DNA of 64,000 nucleotides from Deltaproteobacteria bacterium (GTDB lineage Bacteria; Myxococcota; Kuafuiibacteriia; Kuafuiibacteriales; Kuafuiibacteriaceae): NCBI GenBank assembly GCA_016703535.1, contig JADJBV010000001.1, positions 3,998,257 to 4,062,256 of the forward strand, read 5' to 3'. Shown piece by piece: positions 1 to 10,900 of this stretch (position 1 is its first letter; each line of letters starts with the position of its first letter). The notes under the pieces were generated by a model. It saw only the letters and a program-made list of their open reading frames with translations, ran no database searches and was not told where the DNA came from. The position numbers and the translations under genes were made by a program.

Positions 1-3000
1 CACGGCGTCCGATGCGCTTGCGAAGAGCAGCGCGGATCACCTCCCGTCGCTCGCGGTAGCGTTCGGGTGCCCTCGCCTTGAGGCACTCGGCATAGGACAG
101 GATCTCGTCGGCGGTCAGCATCGCGCGCTCGTCCGGGTCCCGCACGCCGACCCGCTCGTCAATGTAATCCTGTGCCATCCAGGTCGTCAGGTAGTCGCGC
201 TCACGAAGCGGAAAGATCATGTAGTTGCCCTTGTATCCCAAGGGAGTGTCCAGATCGGCAACCGCGCCTAGGCGACGCTCTTCGATGGTGGTGCCGGATA
301 GACCAAGCCGAACGCGAACCGGTTGTCGGGTCTCCTCATCGTCGAGGGTGATGGCATCGTCCAGGAACGACTCGGCCGCCTCCCCCACATCAGGCAGACC
401 CGTAACCCACGGCACCGGCAGGTCGTACAGCGCGAAGTAGCGCTGATCTGGCGGCTCGTGGTCCCAAAGCGCCTGCATATAGTGGAGGATGTTCTCCTTA
501 ACATGTACCCGGAGCCGAGTGAGGGCGAGTCGACGTTCGGTGCGTCGACGGGCAGCTTCGACGTATTTCTCTGTCGACTTCTGGAGGGCGTCCACCTGTT
601 GCTCGAGGCGAGCTCGTAGTCGCTCCGATTCGAGCTTGATTCGGTCGAGGGCCTCCCGAGCCGCCTCAATTCGAAGTTCTGAGGCCTCGTCGCCGTCGCC
701 GCCCGAAAACAACTCAGAAAGAGGACCAAAAACCACCGTCGCGACATCGTCGCGGAGCGCCTCACGGTCCGCGGCGCCTGCGGCCGCGCCCATCAACTGC
801 TGGAGCCGATTGAAGGACTGGTTCGTGAGTTCTTCTTGCACCAACACCTGGTCGCGCAGGCTAGCGACGAGGGACTCGACCTGCTCCTTGTTCGCCTTTA
901 GCGCGTCGAGCGCGATATCGTCGCTAGCGAATCCCTCTCGTACGTACTCGAGCGCGGGCAAAAATGACTCATCCAGGATGACCCGCTTGAGGATCCAGTC
1001 GTGAGCGATGAGCCAGTCCTCGTCGATCTCGTTCGGTGAAGGCACGTCGCGTGCGATAAGGATTACGGGTCGTACTGCGTGAATCGCCTCCTGCACCTGG
1101 TAGCGGCGCTGAAGCTCGTAGAAAAGATAGGTCACGGTAATTTCGTCGTTCGGGTTTCGGACCTCTCCCGCGAAAAGCTCGGAGACCTCTTGCGACGTTC
1201 GCGTATCGACAACGACTTCGCGTTGCTGGCGGTATTGCTCGGAGCTTCGGATAGTGGCTTCGCGGAGGTCCCGCTTCGTCCTCTCGGACTCCCTGGATTT
1301 GTCGGCCCCCATCGTGGTGGTTCCACCGAAATTGTAGGCGCCCAACTGCGCAGACATTTCGGCCGTCTGCTGAAAGTGCGAATTCTGCTTTGCGCGACGC
1401 ACAATCTCACCATCGGCTCGCGAGGCCTCGGCGAGTTGCTGCTCTCGAACTCGGAGCTCACCTGTGGCTTGGCGCTCGGCCCGTGTTTTCTGCACCACGG
1501 TGCGCTTGGTATACCGACGCACCTCCTGTGGAGCGAGGGGCAGGGTCGAGACAAGGCGGCCCACCTGGTAGGCCAGAGGCTCCCAGGTCTGGCGATAGGT
1601 GACCATCAACCCGTAGTTTGCCGAATTGGGGGCGAACACGTCGAACTTGTGTGGCTCACCGAGGCGTTGGCTGAGCTCAAGGAGCGCGCGATCGAGGCGG
1701 GAGAAGCGCTGCGCCGAACCGGACTGCGCAGCACGCACGATCTCGCGGGCATCGGCGACGACTTGGCGGGAGCGGGCCGGGTTGCTCGCCTCGTAGGCCT
1801 GGGCAGCGATCAGCATAACTCCAAGCTGAGCCCGGGTGTCCCGGGACAGGATGTTCCACGCGACGTCGTCGACTTCGGGCAGATAGTCCTGCACGAGCGG
1901 CGGGACGGGGTGCAGCGTATCCAACCGGCCGCGGTCATCGGAGGCAATCTCCCGCAAGTCGAGAATATCTTGCCAGGTCTGACCTAGGTCAGCGTCATCG
2001 ATGGAATCGGGTGAGACCTGAAGAACCTCCTCGAAGAGGCGCTTTGCCAAGCGGTTTGCGTCTTTGTCGAAAATCTCCGTCCATAGATGGTCAAACGCGA
2101 GGCTCAACCGGTGGAAGTCGTGTTTTGAAGTGACATCAGCGGGCCCAGTCCGAATCGAGAGCGACTGGACCACATCGCCCGCACTCGGCTGGACATCGTA
2201 GCGGAGTTGCTCCTCGGCGCTGGTTGCCGTGCCCAGCTGTCGCCCGACTTGAGCCCGGACGAACTCCTGGGTGCTCCCGGTTACCGGACTGACCTCTGGT
2301 CGCTCACAACCTTCGGGTTCGGTCAGCGCGCCTTCGATCGACTCTAGCGCTCGGTCGGTTTCGTTTTCCTCACGACAACGCCCAAGCACCGTCCCTCTCC
2401 GTTCGAGGATCGGCGAGCGCAATCGCCGGTCGATGTAGTCGAGCACAACACCTCGTGGAATCGCCGCAGGTACCACACCGCCAACGATCCCCAGTTCCCG
2501 CGCGTCCTCCTCTTCCGGATAGAGGTGCAACACCGAGGGTGTCGAAGTCACAGCGTTGATTGCGGCCTGTGCGATCTGCCGTGATCGATCGCGAACGCTG
2601 TCGCCGGGCCGGAGGTAGGCGGCGGACTCCAACACGATCGGTGGGAGACTTGAGGCGATATTGTCGCCGAGCTTGGCGCGAGCTGCTTTGGCCCGCGCTT
2701 TGGCCGCAGTGACGGAGGCGATCCGGTCGGAGTCGATGCCTTCACCCACAGCGGAGCGCTTCTTTCGCGCGACGGCCAGACCGGCAAGCAGGGCGTCCTC
2801 ACCGATTGCCGCGGGGTCCGCCGGAACGAGGCCATGTGCCGCCAGAATTGCGTCCGGGATGCGGATAACGATGGACTCTTGCTCGCCTGCGGCGGCGATA
2901 GGCTGCGGACTCATATGAAGGAAGCGTTCCTTCATGGTGTTCCCGCGCCCACCAACGTTCGTATCTTCCGGAGCGAATACCCAGAAGATCACGTCGGGTC

Positions 3001-3232
3001 GTCCGTCGGGGTCCCCTGCCGCGAATGCGGTCTTGGTGAAGTCGAGCGCGAAACCTCCGTTCGCTGACGTAATGGCGCTGCCGAGCCGCTGCGCTCCAGT
3101 GGCTGACATCGAACTGAACAGCGCCGGGTTCGGGCTCACCTCACCCGATGTGTCGACGTCGAACAGCGCGACCTGGAGATTCGCGACTCCCCTTCCGCTC
3201 TCGCGGCTAACCACTCGTCCTTGAACTTTCAC
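1..3232 (-). CDS. Large hypothetical protein (more than 1070 aa in the window). The 5' end with a GTG start lies near 3232-3230 and the 3' end runs off the left window edge.
   Basis: Manual reverse-complement translation of the frame whose codon top coordinates are congruent to 1 mod 3 gave an open frame from about 3350 down to position 1; I spot-checked this at 1-120, 2880-2940 and 3180-3300. The first stop upstream is TAG near 3352. A GTG sits at 3232-3230 with GGGGG seven nt upstream, and the first ATG is at 2935. The frame is absent from the ORF track because it has no stop inside the window. Every track ORF in 1-3230 lies in another frame and has an antisense-like composition (P/R/S/A-rich). 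I found no recognisable family. Confidence 0.55.
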   Translation of the reverse strand, partial: MKVQGRVVSRESGRGVANLQVALFDVDTSGEVSPNPALFSSMSATGAQRLGSAITSANGGFALDFTKTAFAAGDPDGRPDVIFWVFAPEDTNVGGRGNTMKERFLHMSPQPIAAAGEQESIVIRIPDAILAAHGLVPADPAAIGEDALLAGLAVARKKRSAVGEGIDSDRIASVTAAKARAKAARAKLGDNIASSLPPIVLESAAYLRPGDSVRDRSRQIAQAAINAVTSTPSVLHLYPEEEDARELGIVGGVVPAAIPRGVVLDYIDRRLRSPILERRGTVLGRCREENETDRALESIEGALTEPEGCERPEVSPVTGSTQEFVRAQVGRQLGTATSAEEQLRYDVQPSAGDVVQSLSIRTGPADVTSKHDFHRLSLAFDHLWTEIFDKDANRLAKRLFEEVLQVSPDSIDDADLGQTWQDILDLREIASDDRGRLDTLHPVPPLVQDYLPEVDDVAWNILSRDTRAQLGVMLIAAQAYEASNPARSRQVVADAREIVRAAQSGSAQRFSRLDRALLELSQRLGEPHKFDVFAPNSANYGLMVTYRQTWEPLAYQVGRLVSTLPLAPQEVRRYTKRTVVQKTRAERQATGELRVREQQLAEASRADGEIVRRAKQNSHFQQTAEMSAQLGAYNFGGTTTMGADKSRESERTKRDLREATIRSSEQYRQQREVVVDTRTSQEVSELFAGEVRNPNDEITVTYLFYELQRRYQVQEAIHAVRPVILIARDVPSPNEIDEDWLIAHDWILKRVILDESFLPALEYVREGFASDDIALDALKANKEQVESLVASLRDQVLVQEELTNQSFNRLQQLMGAAAGAADREALRDDVATVVFGPLSELFSGGDGDEASELRIEAAREALDRIKLESERLRARLEQQVDALQKSTEKYVEAARRRTERRLALTRLRVHVKENILHYMQALWDHEPPDQRYFALYDLPVPWVTGLPDVGEAAESFLDDAITLDDEETRQPVRVRLGLSGTTIEERRLGAVADLDTPLGYKGNYMIFPLRERDYLTTWMAQDYIDERVGVRDPDERAMLTADEILSYAECLKARAPERYRERREVIRAALRKRIGRR

Positions 3233-3984
3233 TTGGAGACCCCCGCTAACAATTAGTACGTATCTCGCGGCAGTTCTGGGGCGGACCAGCCAGATGCCAG
3301 CTCCTGATCGTCCCAACTCCGAAGTAAGTACTTGGCGATTTGGCTTCTACTACCACTGGCTCGTACAAACGGAAAGCCGGCCAATAAGCTGCTGACCTTT
3401 CTTGGCGAATTGCACGAAGGCCAAAAAAGAGATTGTGCCGCTGAGCACCAACGCCTCGGACCGGATCAGGAATCGATATGCCGGTCGGAGCTGGCGAGAC
3501 GGGCACAGAACGGGCGGCCGCCCTTTCAAAACGCCTTCGACGAATGGAGGTGTGGTGTGGACGTCAGGGGCCCGTCCGTTTGTATCTCCGGGCACCATGG
3601 CCAGACCCCGCGGGTCAGGCCGGCCGAGCCCGAGTCCGAGCCCAGCGCCTTGGGCCTAACGGCCGATCCCCCCGACGGCGCCCTGCCCGCTCAGGACCAG
3701 GACGAGATCCTGATCGCCCAGAACTACGCCGACCAGGTTACGTGACGTTCGCCGAGCTCCCCGAGGTCGGTCACGTGTGGGCCGCCTGCCACCTGACCTG
3801 GCCCGCCAACGGCGTGCCGACCGATCGATATCGCCATTTTCGCGCTGTTCGCGGGCCAGCCTGGGGCCCTCGAGCAGGTGCGTTGGTTCTGGGCCGTGTT
3901 TGAGCGTTCGATTCCGGGGCTATCCACCCGTCGTCGGGGCGCTCCTCGAGGTTGGGTTCGAGGAGCGCCCTTCTTCGCCGGAGG

Positions 3985-6510
3985 CTACTCGCCGCAGCCG
4001 GTCGGCATCGGGATCGCGCCGATCAAGTGTCCCCGGGCGTTGCTTTGCCAGAACCGGTAGCGGGTCAACTCCGCGTGGGGCATCTGGGGCTGATCGCAGG
4101 TCCGGAACTGCACCGCGCCCGCGCTGAAGGCGGCATAGGTATCGATCGGGAGCGGCGAGATCGGCATCGCCACGTGGCAGGTGCGGCAGTATTTGGCGTA
4201 GACCTGGCGATACACGGTGATCCCTTCGGGGTCGCTGCGTGGAGAGACCGCGGCGTCCTCCAAACAGACGCCGCCCGAGCAAAGGTAACCGCTCTTGCAG
4301 GGGGTGCTCGCCGAGCAGGCGGGACGCCAACCATTGGGCACGAAGTTGCCGTCGAACACCGTGTTCGCGGTGCCCGGGGTGTTGTGGTACCAGCCGTTGA
4401 TCAGCTCGGTGATCGCCGGCGGCGGTTGGGTCGCAAGGACCATCGCGTTCTGAAGTCGGAAGTTCTCCTCTTGGGCCGCCCTCGTGTGGCCCGGGACCGT
4501 CGAGTAGCTGTAGGAGTCGAGATCGAAGGGCAGAAACTCCGCGTTCCGAACGGCGCGGGTCGCCGGCTGAAATTGCCCACTGTGACAGGCGATGCAGACG
4601 CCCGGGACGTCCTTCAAGCCTTCCGAATCCAGGGCGACCTGGGGCGCCAGAGAGGTCTGGCCGGTGATCGGGTTGTGGACGTATACGTAAAAACGCACGC
4701 TGTCGTCGGTGAGATTGGGACGAAAGTCCATGGCCACCGTGGCGACCGGGTTCGTTCCGGCGACCGCGCTGGCCAAGGCGCTGGCTTCGTCGTTCAGCCC
4801 GTCGGCAGCGCTGCCATAGTTGGTGACGTAGCAGGAGACTTGGCCCGTGGCTGCGTTGGTTCGGCAGTGCATCTCCCGACCGAGGCCCAGGTCACCTGCG
4901 TTGTAGAAGCGGGTGACCACTTCGCCCGCCGGAAAGCCGCGATTCGTGCGCCACAGGTTGAGGTTCGACTCGGCGCCGATGTGCTGATAGTAGAAGCTCC
5001 CGTTATTGACGGTGTCGAAGCGCGAGAGATATTCGGTGCCGCTCGGCTGCTGGGGCGGAATCGCTCCCTGAGAGTCATCACCGTCCGCGACCGAAATGAC
5101 CCCGCTCATGTGGCTCTGGCAGGCCTCTGACATCGCGCGTTGGGTCCGGGTGAGGGACTGGGTCTCCGGGCAGTCGCCATCGTCGAAGCTGCGCATGGGA
5201 ACGTTGTTCTGCAGCACCCGGAAGAGGGCCACCCCGGCGGGCGGCCAACGTAGAAGCTGAGCGGGGATAGAGCCGTTGGTCGTGGGCGTCACGCTGATCT
5301 CAAACGGGTAGTGGGCGTCGCCGAAGAACACGGTCGGCACACTTTGGGGGGTCGCCGGCGTCGCCAAAAGATCGTCCCAGCTCGAGTCCAGGCTCGGAGA
5401 AAGGGCCGGGTCCCGCAGGATCTGCACGCGGATCTGAGCGTCTCGGGTGCTGGCGAAGCCGGAGAACTCGATGGGTTGCCCTTCAACACCTCCGCCGAGG
5501 ACGGTGCCATTGGTCGGCAGGAGCACGGTGCTCATGGCGGTGGGGCTCGTCGTCTCCAGCTCGAGTTCGTTGAAGTTATCGGAGTTGCCGTCCCACAAAT
5601 AGCGCAAGTAGCGGAGCACTGGCGGCTGCCGGAAGCTGAGATAGTTGCTCCATCCGTACGGCATTCGCTTCCAGGCCTGTCGCTGAGCCCCGTAGTTGGT
5701 GTAGGCCTCCCATCCCGCCACGTCCCCAACGACGATCGGTCGCCAGGTGGTCCCGTCGGCGGAGACCTGAATCTGCTCGCCGTTCTCCCCGCGGTTCGCG
5801 GACGCCCCGGACATGTTGCGACGGAGCCGGGTCAACGCCACCGATCGGCCGAAGTCGACCTCCACCTGCTGCCACTGGGTCTGGGCGGTGGTGAAGCCGG
5901 TGCTCGAATTGCCGTCGATCGCGTTGTAGACGCTGCCGCTGGTGACCGCCTGATTGACCGAGATGGTCTTGGTGTCCACCTCGACCTCGGTGACCGCGTC
6001 AAAGTTGCCGTCCCATTGAAAGCGCACGTAGCGGGCCTGAATCGGGGTGTTGGGTCGCAGGAATCGCGACCACCCGTAGCCCACCGTGTGCCAAGCCTGG
6101 AGCTGTGCGCCGTAGTTGACGTAGGGCGGGCCCCAGCCAAACGTCGTGGGGAAGGTCAACGGGGTGAAGGTGACGTTGTCGTTGGAGACCGAGACCATCT
6201 CGCCCTGACCATTTCGGGTGGCCAAAGACGGAGTGGTCGCGACCATGTTTCGACGTACGCCGGTCACCCGAGCCGTGCAGCCAAGGTCGATGGTGACCGT
6301 CTGCCAATTGTTGTTGCCGCTCCCGAAGTGGGTCGCCGTGTTGCCGTCGATCACGTTGGAGGCCGTCGCTGGAACCACGCTAGAGACCGCACCCGTGCAG
6401 AGGGACTCTAGGGGTTGGGTCGACTCAGAGATGAGGCCGTCGGGCGCGGCTTCTCCACAGCCGACCGCGGTGAGGGAGAGGAAAAATATGAGTTTGGGTG
6501 TTCGAGTCAT
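3985..6510 (-). CDS. Secreted lipoprotein with two F5/8 type C (discoidin) domains and a C-terminal region carrying two CxxCH c-type haem-binding motifs.
   Basis: Track ORF 3985..6540. An internal ATG at 6510 gives the signal peptide MTRTPKLIFFLSLTAVGC with a lipobox; the longer start at 6540 is a GTG. Discoidin-like repeats such as NAIDGNSSTGF..WQQVEVDFG occur twice. The CIACH and CRTCH motifs lie in the C-terminal 300 aa. Confidence 0.6.
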   Translation of the reverse strand: MTRTPKLIFFLSLTAVGCGEAAPDGLISESTQPLESLCTGAVSSVVPATASNVIDGNTATHFGSGNNNWQTVTIDLGCTARVTGVRRNMVATTPSLATRNGQGEMVSVSNDNVTFTPLTFPTTFGWGPPYVNYGAQLQAWHTVGYGWSRFLRPNTPIQARYVRFQWDGNFDAVTEVEVDTKTISVNQAVTSGSVYNAIDGNSSTGFTTAQTQWQQVEVDFGRSVALTRLRRNMSGASANRGENGEQIQVSADGTTWRPIVVGDVAGWEAYTNYGAQRQAWKRMPYGWSNYLSFRQPPVLRYLRYLWDGNSDNFNELELETTSPTAMSTVLLPTNGTVLGGGVEGQPIEFSGFASTRDAQIRVQILRDPALSPSLDSSWDDLLATPATPQSVPTVFFGDAHYPFEISVTPTTNGSIPAQLLRWPPAGVALFRVLQNNVPMRSFDDGDCPETQSLTRTQRAMSEACQSHMSGVISVADGDDSQGAIPPQQPSGTEYLSRFDTVNNGSFYYQHIGAESNLNLWRTNRGFPAGEVVTRFYNAGDLGLGREMHCRTNAATGQVSCYVTNYGSAADGLNDEASALASAVAGTNPVATVAMDFRPNLTDDSVRFYVYVHNPITGQTSLAPQVALDSEGLKDVPGVCIACHSGQFQPATRAVRNAEFLPFDLDSYSYSTVPGHTRAAQEENFRLQNAMVLATQPPPAITELINGWYHNTPGTANTVFDGNFVPNGWRPACSASTPCKSGYLCSGGVCLEDAAVSPRSDPEGITVYRQVYAKYCRTCHVAMPISPLPIDTYAAFSAGAVQFRTCDQPQMPHAELTRYRFWQSNARGHLIGAIPMPTGCGE

Positions 6511-6914
6511 TGCGCCACACACGTTTGCAAATCCGAGCACCCCCGATCTCCTTGGAGAATTTCACTCCAACCTCACTCGCCCCATGAGACCTCACCGGAG
6601 CAGTCCCAGGGGACCCGAGTCGCAGCCACCTTGATCCATCGCCTACGAACACGCGGCCATCGGTGGCCGACCTTCGACGTCCCCTCCGGTCCCTCGCCCC
6701 TGGCCTTCGCGAACGTAGGACTCTGGGTGTCGCGGCCGGCCCGGCACGAACCGAAGACGAGGTTCGATGGGAAGCCTGGGCTGCAACAACCGTCCACTCC
6801 ACCAGACAGTGTCGCGTCGATCGAACACGCCTCGGGTCCCGGGGTGATGCAGGTGGTTGTCATCCCGGGGAGAGCTTGGCTATCTTCGTGTGGCCGCGTG
6901 CCGTGGAGGACCCG

Positions 6915-7811
6915 ATGCGAATCTCTTTGTTTGGACCCAAGATCGATCAACGCGTTGAGCAGATCGCGCAAGCGAGAGGGATCAACAAGGCTGAGCTCCA
7001 AAAGGCAATCGACGCCAGCGGGCTGGGGGTCGAAGAGTTCCTCAAGTTCTACGCGAATGAGACGGTGAGTTCCGTACGGTCGGACGGCAACACCAACAAG
7101 GTCCGGGGCCCGAACATGACGCCGGTGGCTGAACTCGCCGGCAAGATCAAGAAGTCGGGGGCCGCGCAGAAGATGTCGATCGGCACGGTCGGGAACATCC
7201 CGGTCACGACGATCATCGGTCACCTGGAGCGCACCCCCGCAGACGCCCTGGTGGCACCCCAGTGGCAGGGCGACGCCGGATCCTACGGCGGCGGCGTTGG
7301 CCGAGCGCTCATCGGTGCGGGCGGCAAGAGGGCCTATGAGGACTATGCGGCCCACTGCGCGAAGACCGAGACGAAATACGGCGACACCCACCTCTCACCC
7401 TCGGGCGTGGATCTCTGGCCCCACGTCATCAACGCCGTGACCGTGGGCGCGGGCCAGGCCGAGGAGTTCAAGGTCATCGAGGACACGACCTACGCGATCC
7501 TGAAAGCGGCCGCAGACGCCGGGCTTCGAAGCGTCGCCTTCCCCGCGCTCGGGACGGGTGTCATCGGCCGGCTCACCTCCGAGCAATCGGCCAAGGCCAT
7601 CACCAACGGCATCGCCCGGGCCAGCAAAGACGGCCTGCAGGTCGAGGTCGCGGTGGTGTTGTGGGCCGGTCACCCGGCGAGCGCTGAACAAGGCTTCGCC
7701 GACTTCACCAAGACCATCACCGCGGGGGTGTTTGGTGGGGCGAGTGAGGTCGGCCGGAAGGGCTTCGATCTCGCAGCCTGGGTGAAGGACAACACGGCGC
7801 GGGTTGTGTAG
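6915..7811 (+). CDS. Macro-domain protein (ADP-ribose / O-acetyl-ADP-ribose binding or hydrolase family) with an N-terminal extension of about 120 aa.
   Basis: ATG at 6915 preceded by GGAGGA five nt upstream. Macro signatures are ADALVAPQW..GSYGGGVGRALIGAGG (the GGGV..AI..AGG motif) and VAFPALGTGVIGR (the FPAIGTGxxG motif). The track ORF 6663..7811 starts upstream in the same frame. Confidence 0.7.
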   Translation: MRISLFGPKIDQRVEQIAQARGINKAELQKAIDASGLGVEEFLKFYANETVSSVRSDGNTNKVRGPNMTPVAELAGKIKKSGAAQKMSIGTVGNIPVTTIIGHLERTPADALVAPQWQGDAGSYGGGVGRALIGAGGKRAYEDYAAHCAKTETKYGDTHLSPSGVDLWPHVINAVTVGAGQAEEFKVIEDTTYAILKAAADAGLRSVAFPALGTGVIGRLTSEQSAKAITNGIARASKDGLQVEVAVVLWAGHPASAEQGFADFTKTITAGVFGGASEVGRKGFDLAAWVKDNTARVV

Positions 7812-7909
7812 GGCCTCCCGTTCGGTTCGGCGATTTCGGGCCGACCTGAGTCCCGACCTTTCAGGATTGCGCTCAATTCTCTGAAAGGTGACCAGTCGGT
7901 GGAGGCCGG

Positions 7910-10900
7910 GTGATAACTTCGGGGGGCGCTCTTCCCCCCGCGGCGGAGTGGACCTATCGTGCCGGGCCTCGCGCCATGGTCACGGGGTCGGAGGGAGCAA
8001 CGCGGGATGATGGCCAAGCTCGGCCGTCGATGCCCTCCATCTCATTGCCCAAGGGCGGCGGCGCCATCCGAGGGATGGGCGAGAAGTTCGCGGCCAACCC
8101 CGTCAACGGCACCGGCACCACTTCGATCCCGATCGCCATTAGCCCTGGACGGGCGGGCTTTGGGCCGGCGCTCTCCCTGTCTTATGACTCGGGCGCCGGG
8201 AACGGGCCCTTTGGCTTTGGTTGGAGCCTCTCGCTCCCGGCCATCACCCGGAAGACCGAACAGGGGCTGCCGCGGTACCAGGACGCGTCCGAGTCGGACG
8301 TCTACCTCTTGTCGGGGGTCGAAGATCTGGTGCCCGAACTCGAGCGCGACGCGGCCGGTGAGTGGGTGCTGCGGGACGGCGCCCCGATCATTCATGAACG
8401 CACGCGCACCGTCGGCAACCAAAGCTACCAGGTTCGGCGTTATCGTCCCCGGATCGAGGGGCTCTTTGCGCGGATCGAGCGCTGGACCCACTCGGGTACG
8501 AAAGAGGTCCACTGGCGCTCCATCTCCCGGGACAACGTCACCACGGTCTACGGCTTCGACAACAACTCCCGGATTTACGACCCCGAAGATCCCGATCCCG
8601 CGCACCCGACTCGGATCTACAGCTGGCTGATCTGCCAAAGCTACGACGACAAGGGCAACGTGCTGGTTTACGGGTACCAGGCCGAGGACTCGCGGCGGAT
8701 CTTCGAGGACGCCGCCGGCCAACCCGGCACCAAAGCCCACGAGGCGAACCGCTCGGATACTTCACGTTCGGCCCAGCGCTACCTGAAGCGCGTCCGCTAC
8801 GGGAACCGAACCCCGTACTTTCCGATCCTCGGCGCCCAGGCGCCCTGGCCCGCGCCCCCCGACGCCAACGTCCCGAACGCCAGCAGCGCCTGGCACTTTG
8901 AGGTGGTGTTCGACTACGGCGACCATGATCAGGCGGCGCCGGGCCCGACCGCCACCCTCCCCTGGCCGGCCCGGGTCGATCCCTTCTCCAACTATCGGCC
9001 GGGCTTCGAGGTCCGTACTTATCGCTTGTGCCGCCGGGTCTTGATGTTCCACCACTTCCCGGGGGAGACGGGGGTCGGCGCCGACTGTTTGGTGCGCTCC
9101 ACTGACTTCCGCTACGCCCACGAGATCGATCCGACCCGCGCCAAAAACCCGGTCTATACCTTCCTGCGCGCCGTGACTCAGACCGGGTATCAGCGGCGAT
9201 CGGCGGCCGCGGGCTACGACCAAAGGAGCCTGCCGCCCGTCGAGTTCGATTACACCACACCTCACATCCAAGATCGGGTCGAAGAGCTGGATCCGGAGAG
9301 CCTCGAGAACCTCCCGATCGGCCTCGACGGCAGCCGCTACCGCTTTGTCGACCTCCACGGCGAAGGTGTCCCGGGCATCCTCACCGAAGAGGCGGGCGCG
9401 TGGTTCTACAAGCGCAACCTCAGCCCCATCCCTTTGCGTGAGGCCAACGGCCAGGAGCGGGTCGCGGCCCACTTCGCGCCGATGGAGACCGTCGCCCTTC
9501 GGCCCAACCTCCCGCTGGCGGTCGGCGCCGACTTCATGGACCTGGCGGGAGACGGCCTCCCCGACCTGGTGGTGTGGGGCGGAGCCACGCCCGGGATGTA
9601 TGAGCACGATGACGCCGAGGGCTGGCTCCCGTTTCGGCCCTTCGCCGCCCGGCCCAACCGCGACCTGGCCGATCCCAACCTGCGCTTCGTCGACCTGGAC
9701 GGCGATGGCCGGGCCGATCTCTTGATCACCGAAGACGAGGCCTTCGTCTGGCACCCTTCCCTGGGCGAAGCGGGCTTTGGCCCCGCCGAGCGGGTGGTGC
9801 AGGCCCTGGACGAAGAGCGGGGCCCCCGCTTGGTCTTCGCCGATCGGACCCAGTCCATTCACCTGGCGGATCTCTCGGGTGATGGTCTCACCGATCTGGT
9901 GCGCGTCCGAAACGGCGAAGTCTCCTATTGGCCGAACCTCGGCTACGGACACTTTGGTGCCAAGGTCACGATGGACCACGCGCCCCTCTTCGATCACCCG
10001 GAGCAGTTCGATCACCAACGGCTGCGCCTGGCGGATCTGGACGGCAGCGGCACCACCGATCTCATCTACCTGCACCGGGACGGCCCGCGCCTCTACTTCA
10101 ACCAGTCCGGGAACAGCTGGAGCGAAGCCCACGAACTTCAGGCCTTTCCCAAGGTCGATGACCTGGCCACCATCGTCCCGGTCGATCTGCTCGGCAACGG
10201 CACCGCCTGCCTGGCCTGGTCCTCGCCTCTCCCCAGTGATGGCCGGCGGCCCTTGCGCTACGTCGACTTGATGGGGAACCAAAAGCCCCACCTGCTGGTG
10301 CGGATCAGCAACAACCTGGGGGCCGAGACTCAAATCCGCTACGCGCCGTCGACCAAGTTCTACCTCACGGACAAGCGAGACGGCCGGCCGTGGGTCACCC
10401 GGCTGCCCATGCCGGTGCAGGTGGTGGAGCAGGTCGAGACCTGGGACCACCTCAGCCGGAACCGCTTCGTCACCCGCTACGCCTACCACCACGGCCACTT
10501 CGACGGTGAAGAGCGGGAGTTTCGGGGCTTCGGCCTGGTCGAGCAGTGGGACTCGGAGGAGCTCGCGAGCCTCGCCCAGGGGGCGCTGCCGGCGAACAAC
10601 GTCGCGGCGATCTCCCACGTGCCGCCGGTCCACACCAAGACCTGGTTCCACACCGGCGTTTATCTCGGGCGGGACCACGTCTCCGACTACTTCGCCGGCC
10701 TGGGCCCGGGCGCCGCTCCGGGGGAGTACTTCCGGGAGCCCGGGCTCAGCGCTTCGGACGTCCGAGGCCTGCTGTTGAGTGACACCGTGCTCCCCGGGTC
10801 GCTGAGCCCGGAGGAAGAGCGAGAGGCCTGCCGCGCCCTCAAGGGCATGATGCTCCGCCAAGAGGTCTACGCCGACGATGCCCCGGCAAACGCGTCGGCC

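Noticed and set aside
225-3224. Several + and - strand track ORFs in 1-3230 (for example 1079..1987+, 489..1004+, 268..765-, 2548..2835-).
   Set aside because: They are low-complexity and P/R/S/A-rich, which is typical of off-frame translation of a high-GC gene. A single minus-strand frame with codon tops congruent to 1 mod 3 is open across the whole interval and explains them as shadows.
3952-5130. 392 aa + strand ORF and other ORFs overlapping 3985..6540.
   Set aside because: Antisense to the well-supported discoidin/cytochrome lipoprotein gene, with an Arg/Gly/Ala-rich composition and no motifs.
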